Positions 59,139 through 64,000 of a stretch of DNA of 64,000 nt are shown here, piece after piece. A program made the position numbers and the translations under genes. The stretch is from Eremomyces bilateralis CBS 781.70 (lineage: Eukaryota): NCBI GenBank assembly GCA_010015585.1, contig ML975154.1. One strand, written 5' to 3'. The first letter of the stretch is position 1, and each line of letters opens with the position of its first letter. Below the pieces are notes generated by a model. That model ran no database searches. It was given only the letters and a program-made list of their open reading frames with translations, and was not told where the DNA came from.

Positions 59139-60920
59139 ATGGATAACCTCGAGCCAAGCCACCCATATCCGAAAGATCCATCTCCTTCCCTAGCCATGGA
59201 CCCTCCGACGAGCCAAACGTCCAGGATTGTCCCTCCTCGGCTCCTTCATCTTCCCTTCACGAACTCCATAACCCGGACTCCAAAGCTCGAGGAGGCGCTC
59301 AGGAAGATGTACCCGGATTTGTCATCTTACGAGAATCGTCTGAGAGCGCTCGTGTTTCAGTATCAATTCCGGCCTGGCTCACTGCTCTCTGAAAAGAACA
59401 ATTCGCGGGAGTTTCTGTTCACGGCGCTGCAGGACATGTACTCCAATTATCCAGAGGAATACCGGCTAAACATCCTAATGGTAAATTTCATCCTGATGAA
59501 TGTGGCTGTTGGAATGTTGCCTGCAGTGGTCGCCAGCAAGAGACGAGGCGGGTCTCCGGAGGTGGATATCAAGGGGAAAGATATGGACGATGCCAGGGAG
59601 AAAGAGAGGCCCACAGCTCCAGAGGTAACTATCAAAACAGAAGACGCCAATCAGGTGGCAACGGGTGGTTCTTCAGCTCGAAGTGTCGCATCAAGCGGTT
59701 CTGCGAGTCCTAGAATTATGGTGCTCAATAGCAACAAGGGAATGAGTCTCGAAACGAGGAAACGACGAAGGCCAAAGACGGAGGAGGAGCGTGATAGCAT
59801 CAAGCGCGCTCGATCTCACGGCGCGTGTAAAGACTGCAGAAAGAGCAAGCATAAGGTGACCGGGACGAACCCCCTATCTTGCTCTGCTAACGATTCTCAG
59901 TGTCATCATATCCCTGCAGACGACAACGGAGGAAAGACGAGAGATCCAAAGCTGAGATCGTATGCAATCGTTCCATTATGAAATCTATGGAGGCTGACGT
60001 ACTGAAGATTGGCTCCCGCCTTCCCCCTCCCTGGCTTCCAAGCTGGAGCCCCGGAACAGGGTTCTGGGAAACAAAGAACTGAAGACCTTGACCATTCTTC
60101 ATCCCATGCTGGACTTCACGTATCTGCGCAAAGAGAAAATCGCCACGCCACGCGTAGCAAGTCACGCCGGCAGCGAATGCAGGCACCTCACTCTTCACCG
60201 CCATCGGGGCCGCATTCGGCAGGTTCGGTTGATACCTTCAAACACTTCATTGCACCCGAGACGTCTAGAGTTCATCACGGAACTACTTCTAAACGTCGGA
60301 ACGGTCATTCTGGCAACCACGACATCCTAGTAGGGGCTAAAAGCGCTCCTACTACCGGTGATCCACCATATTCTGGACAAACACCAAGTATCAACAGTAT
60401 GTCACCTAATTTCAGTCTCTTCGGTCCACCTTCCAGAGATTGCGGTCTGGCCTCCCAAGTGCCTGGAAACCAACCCCAACATGGACAGGACCGTTATTGG
60501 TTAAGGCAACCCCTCCCGACCGGATCTGATCATGGTCCACCCCCTACATTCCGCCATCTAGGAGCTTTGCGAGTTTCTGAAAGGCTTGCCACACAATCCA
60601 TGCCGGACAGCATCCCTTCCAGCCCTGGCCAAAGGACAAATCGCCATGGAGGGCCTCCAACCACCAACCCCGAGCGGATGGCCGTTACCCAGGTTTCGGA
60701 CTTTGGAGCCTTGGAGTTCTCTTTTGATAATGATATGGCCAACATTATCTCGTTACTACCTGATTTTACATTTCCTGGTGAGGATCCCCAAGGCATGGAT
60801 CCGGTCATTTCCATGGCGTTGGACTCTCTCATGGATTTTCCGGAGGATTTCAACTGGCTCGAGGTATTCCAGGAGCTGCCCCGACAAAATGATGGCAATC
60901 ATCCTGTAGAGAATCTGTAG
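59139..60920 (+). CDS. Putative transcription factor with a truncated Zn-cluster-like motif; exons 59139-59855, 59901-59959, 60008-60920
   Basis: RKRRRPKTEEERDSIKRARSHGACKDCRKSKHK|CHH, with an acidic/aromatic activation-like C-terminus (DFGALEFSFDND..DFPEDFNWLE). Two GT-AG introns of 45 and 48 nt with branch sites join the ORFs in frame. Confidence 0.65.
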
Positions 60921-61989
60921 GCAGATTCCACTCTGTCGCATTTGCTCCGGCTACGGCCGGACCCATGTCTTCAGGTATGATTTTATTTTTCGTGGTTATG
61001 CCAGATCTGTCATCGTGCTTCTCTTAACTTTTTGTCCAATTGTATTGTTTTGCTTCAATCCTGGCAAGTATCTTGGATTTTGAGCGAGCTTGGACCAATC
61101 CCAGGGACTAGGAGTCTTTCTTTCGTTTAATTGTTTACTCTTTAATTCTGAGCCTTCAGCGTTGTCATTTTCAGCAATTCCTCTAAACAAGGAATTGCAT
61201 CCAGGAGCTGAACCTGGGCATCCTTGTTGTTTGGTCATTAGTCCACCGACGGGGAGAGTGCAGGTTCTTATCCGACACTGGCATCAGTGGCCGTTGCTCC
61301 ATTTATTTCCATAGCGCTGCTCTACCGTTACCAGATGTTTTTCCATAGCGCTGCTCTGGGCCGTATAGAACACGAGTTGGCATGGTGAGCTAGACAATAT
61401 CGCTGACTCCAGTGTTTGCCAGGTATGATCTTGCTCTTACCAACGGTTCTCTACATCGGAAGGTAGGTCAGCCTGTATGGAACCTTTTGCATTGACTACT
61501 TATTAACTTCTCAAGCAGATTTCCATTTGCATCGGTACGGTTCTAGCCTCACGGGCGTTTCTCACTTCATCCACACGACGTCGACGGGCTCTCTTATTCC
61601 CTGCGTGCAGATCTGAACAGTGGCGGATGGTGTATGTAACCCATGTGACGTCTAGAAAATGCATCAGCTTACATGGATCTAGTTTCTGAATACATTTATA
61701 CGAGCATACGTAGGGTAGAATCTCGTCGCGAAGAGTCTCGGGAGGGATGCACTGGATTTACTGAAGAATTCCATTGAGCTCTGCTCGATATTCGAATGAT
61801 GAGGATCACGTGCATCCACAATATAGTTCCAATCAGCGAATAGAGATAGTTTGAGAGAGTCTTCTTTTGATTCAAAGTTATTCTCAGGTAGTACTTGCTG
61901 TGTTGGTATCGATCAACTCAAATCACCACCCAGCGCTAACCCGTCCTCAAATGAACTAACCATGCCCGAAACAAAATTGCTACCGCGCA

Positions 61990-63741
61990 TCAAGGAGCTA
62001 GCAATCCCTCCTTCTCCAACGCGTCCAGATCCCCCCCAGCCGCCATAACCAGCTTGGCCGCTGCCTGACTGAGCTTCTTCCGCCTATCCGCCGCCTCTTT
62101 CTCCCGCCTTGCCTTCGTCTTCGATGATCCTGACGGAGCCACCCCGTTCAATATCTTGCTGCTGTCGTCAGGCGTGAAATTCACAAACCATGATCCCCCC
62201 GCTCCGTTGCACATGCTCTTGCTCTGCCCGTGGCCTTGCCCGTGGCCGCTCTTTCGACGCTGCGTCCCCGCACCAGGCGGCCTCGTGGAAGCGCGGCGGG
62301 GACGAGGCGGAGAGGCAGAACCTTCTCGGGTGGTGGCACGCGGCTGTCGGGAGGACGCCGGGGAGAGATCATGGGCTCCGCTAGAACTGCCGACACCTCC
62401 GGTACGTTGCCCATGTGCACGCATTCGGTTGGGCGGGTGCCGCAGATACGGAGTCGAGCCGTTGAGGGCGAGAGGCGAGGCAGGGAAGGACGCGGTTTGG
62501 ATTTGATGCAACGTGGCCGGTGAGTTTTGCCTGGGCAGCGACTGCTGCAGAAGACTGTCGATTCCCAAAGAGGCCGGCGGTTCGCATTGTATCATCAGAC
62601 CCTGTGTCGCAAGGCTGGTGGAGGCAGTGTCGTCGAATAGATGCGATGGGGCAGATACCATCGGCCCTGATTGGCTGCTTGGGTGTCCGGCGCTAACTGC
62701 TTCCCACCAATGCAAATTTGAACTTCCAGCCTTGTCCATCGAGAAAGCATTCGAGTTTGGAAAGCCGAAGTTGGAATCGAAAGTTGGAGCAGAGGTCCAA
62801 GGAGATATTGGGATCGATTTCGTCTGTGGTGGTGTTTGCAGGGAGTTCTGAGCGGCATTCTCATACAATGAAGTCGGGGATACCTGAGTCGATATTCGAC
62901 GAGAATCGCTCGAGTCGGTAGTTGGCGAGGTCACCGGTGTCGATTGGCCTTGTAAAGGCAGAGAATATGTCGTCGATAAAGGCGAAAGCAGGTGGTCGAA
63001 GCTAGCTTGTCCACTGAGGGTTCTCGACTGCTGGCGCGATAGTCGAGGGAACTCCTTTGGTACAGGCGAGGACGGGCTGTTCTGAAAATCCTGTGGGAAT
63101 GAATCTACCGCCTGTTCAATGCGGGCAGCCCACGTTTCGGGATGTCGAGGACGGTAATGGTTCGGCGAGAGCATCTTGGGCGGTTGGAGAGACTTGGGGG
63201 AATTCTTCCACTGAGACTTTTCGACTGCTCCACGACTCTGTTGCCGCAGTGCACATCGAATTGCAGAAGAGAGGCGGGACTGATTTTTATAATGTGTTAG
63301 GGAAGGTGAGGAGGGTGTTGATCCAAAGTGGGCGGGCTCTGCCTTTTGAAGGTTGTTGCTCTTAAGGCTGAATGGAATATCAGACGTCGATAGAGAGCCG
63401 CGTCCTATAGATTTCGGGTAGATAGGCTGATGGGATGCATTAAATTGAGGCGAGGCTGCCCCAAGTTCGGCATACTCGTTATGCGGCCAGTGGGGTAAGG
63501 TACTTGCGAAGTACGGCGACGATAAATTCGGTGGTGACTGGTCGCTGGTCAAGGCTGTGGAGCTAAACAACTTCGAAAACTCCTCTGAACTTGGTCCAGC
63601 GAATGAATTCTCGTCTGTCGCTCCAAAGAGGTCTGCATTGATATATTGGTCAAAGACATCATCGTAGGAGGGTTCGAGCCATTCGAATTCTTTGTTCGCC
63701 CGCTGTGCGGGCAACTCGAATCGCTTGTGAATCCCTGCCAT
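61990..63741 (-). CDS. wetA: Developmental regulatory protein WetA
   Basis: Intact 583 aa ORF ending in the ESC1/WetA domain FVNFTPDDSSKILNGVAPSGSSKTKARREKEAADRRKKLSQAA..AGGDL. Also an N-terminal DDVFDQYI, TPP motifs and a WW motif. Confidence 0.93.
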   Translation of the reverse strand: MAGIHKRFELPAQRANKEFEWLEPSYDDVFDQYINADLFGATDENSFAGPSSEEFSKLFSSTALTSDQSPPNLSSPYFASTLPHWPHNEYAELGAASPQFNASHQPIYPKSIGRGSLSTSDIPFSLKSNNLQKAEPAHFGSTPSSPSLTHYKNQSRLSSAIRCALRQQSRGAVEKSQWKNSPKSLQPPKMLSPNHYRPRHPETWAARIEQAVDSFPQDFQNSPSSPVPKEFPRLSRQQSRTLSGQASFDHLLSPLSTTYSLPLQGQSTPVTSPTTDSSDSRRISTQVSPTSLYENAAQNSLQTPPQTKSIPISPWTSAPTFDSNFGFPNSNAFSMDKAGSSNLHWWEAVSAGHPSSQSGPMVSAPSHLFDDTASTSLATQGLMIQCEPPASLGIDSLLQQSLPRQNSPATLHQIQTASFPASPLALNGSTPYLRHPPNRMRAHGQRTGGVGSSSGAHDLSPASSRQPRATTREGSASPPRPRRASTRPPGAGTQRRKSGHGQGHGQSKSMCNGAGGSWFVNFTPDDSSKILNGVAPSGSSKTKARREKEAADRRKKLSQAAAKLVMAAGGDLDALEKEGLLAP

Positions 63742-63991
63742 CTTCGGTCAAATGTCGTGCTTTTGGAGTGAATTCGCCACAGTTGAGCTCATTCGATTCG
63801 CATATAGGAGGCTTGAAGGGATAATAATGCGGAGGTGGGAGGACAATTAGGGTAATATGTATGTGGAGATGGTGTCCATAGGCAACGGCAATGCGAGCAA
63901 GGGAGCAAACATGGAGAAAGTCGACCAACTTAGTAAAATGCTTTATATTAGGGATATGAACCTATTACCCAGCCTCCCTTCAGGAAAGGGG

Positions 63992-63997
63992 CATTCT
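63992..63997. promoter_or_regulatory. Candidate AbaA response element (CATTCY) about 250 bp upstream of wetA
   Basis: CATTCT. AbaA is the known activator of wetA, but this is a single hexamer at the window edge. Confidence 0.35.
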
Positions 63998-64000
63998 TTT

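Noticed and set aside
61306..61357. 18 bp direct repeat TTTCCATAGCGCTGCTCT between the Zn-cluster-like gene and wetA
   Set aside because: A real but tiny local duplication with no evidence of function or of an inserted element.

Overview
Genomic DNA from a filamentous ascomycete (Pezizomycotina), judged by short GT-AG introns with CTRAC-type branch points, a wetA gene and RIP-like damage in transposons. About 14 intact genes can be modelled by hand: cyclophilin H, a membrane RING-H2 protein, a ZIP zinc transporter, a fungal transcription-factor-like protein, an Nbr1-like autophagy receptor with four ZZ fingers, a Btz/CASC3 protein, a small membrane protein, an Est1-like/membrane chimera, a stand-alone MaoC-type hydratase, CDC45, a histidine-phosphatase family protein, a large AT-hook protein, YEN1/GEN1, a degenerate Zn-cluster protein and wetA. 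Mobile DNA comprises a probable hAT terminus, a TA-flanked pogo/Fot1 MITE, a pogo transposase remnant, two complementary fragments of one Tad1-like LINE, a decayed Mutator transposase and an unclassified foldback in the ZIP promoter. No tRNA, rRNA or CRISPR array was seen. The most notable leads are the Som1/Flo8-like helix inside Nbr1, the 32.9-38.7 kb island of orphan-like genes, the foldback upstream of the zinc transporter, a recurring C-rich to G-rich switch at gene 3' ends, and stop-free 3n micro-introns that split functional motifs. I found no clearly established new system. All family assignments come from motif recognition, not database searches.
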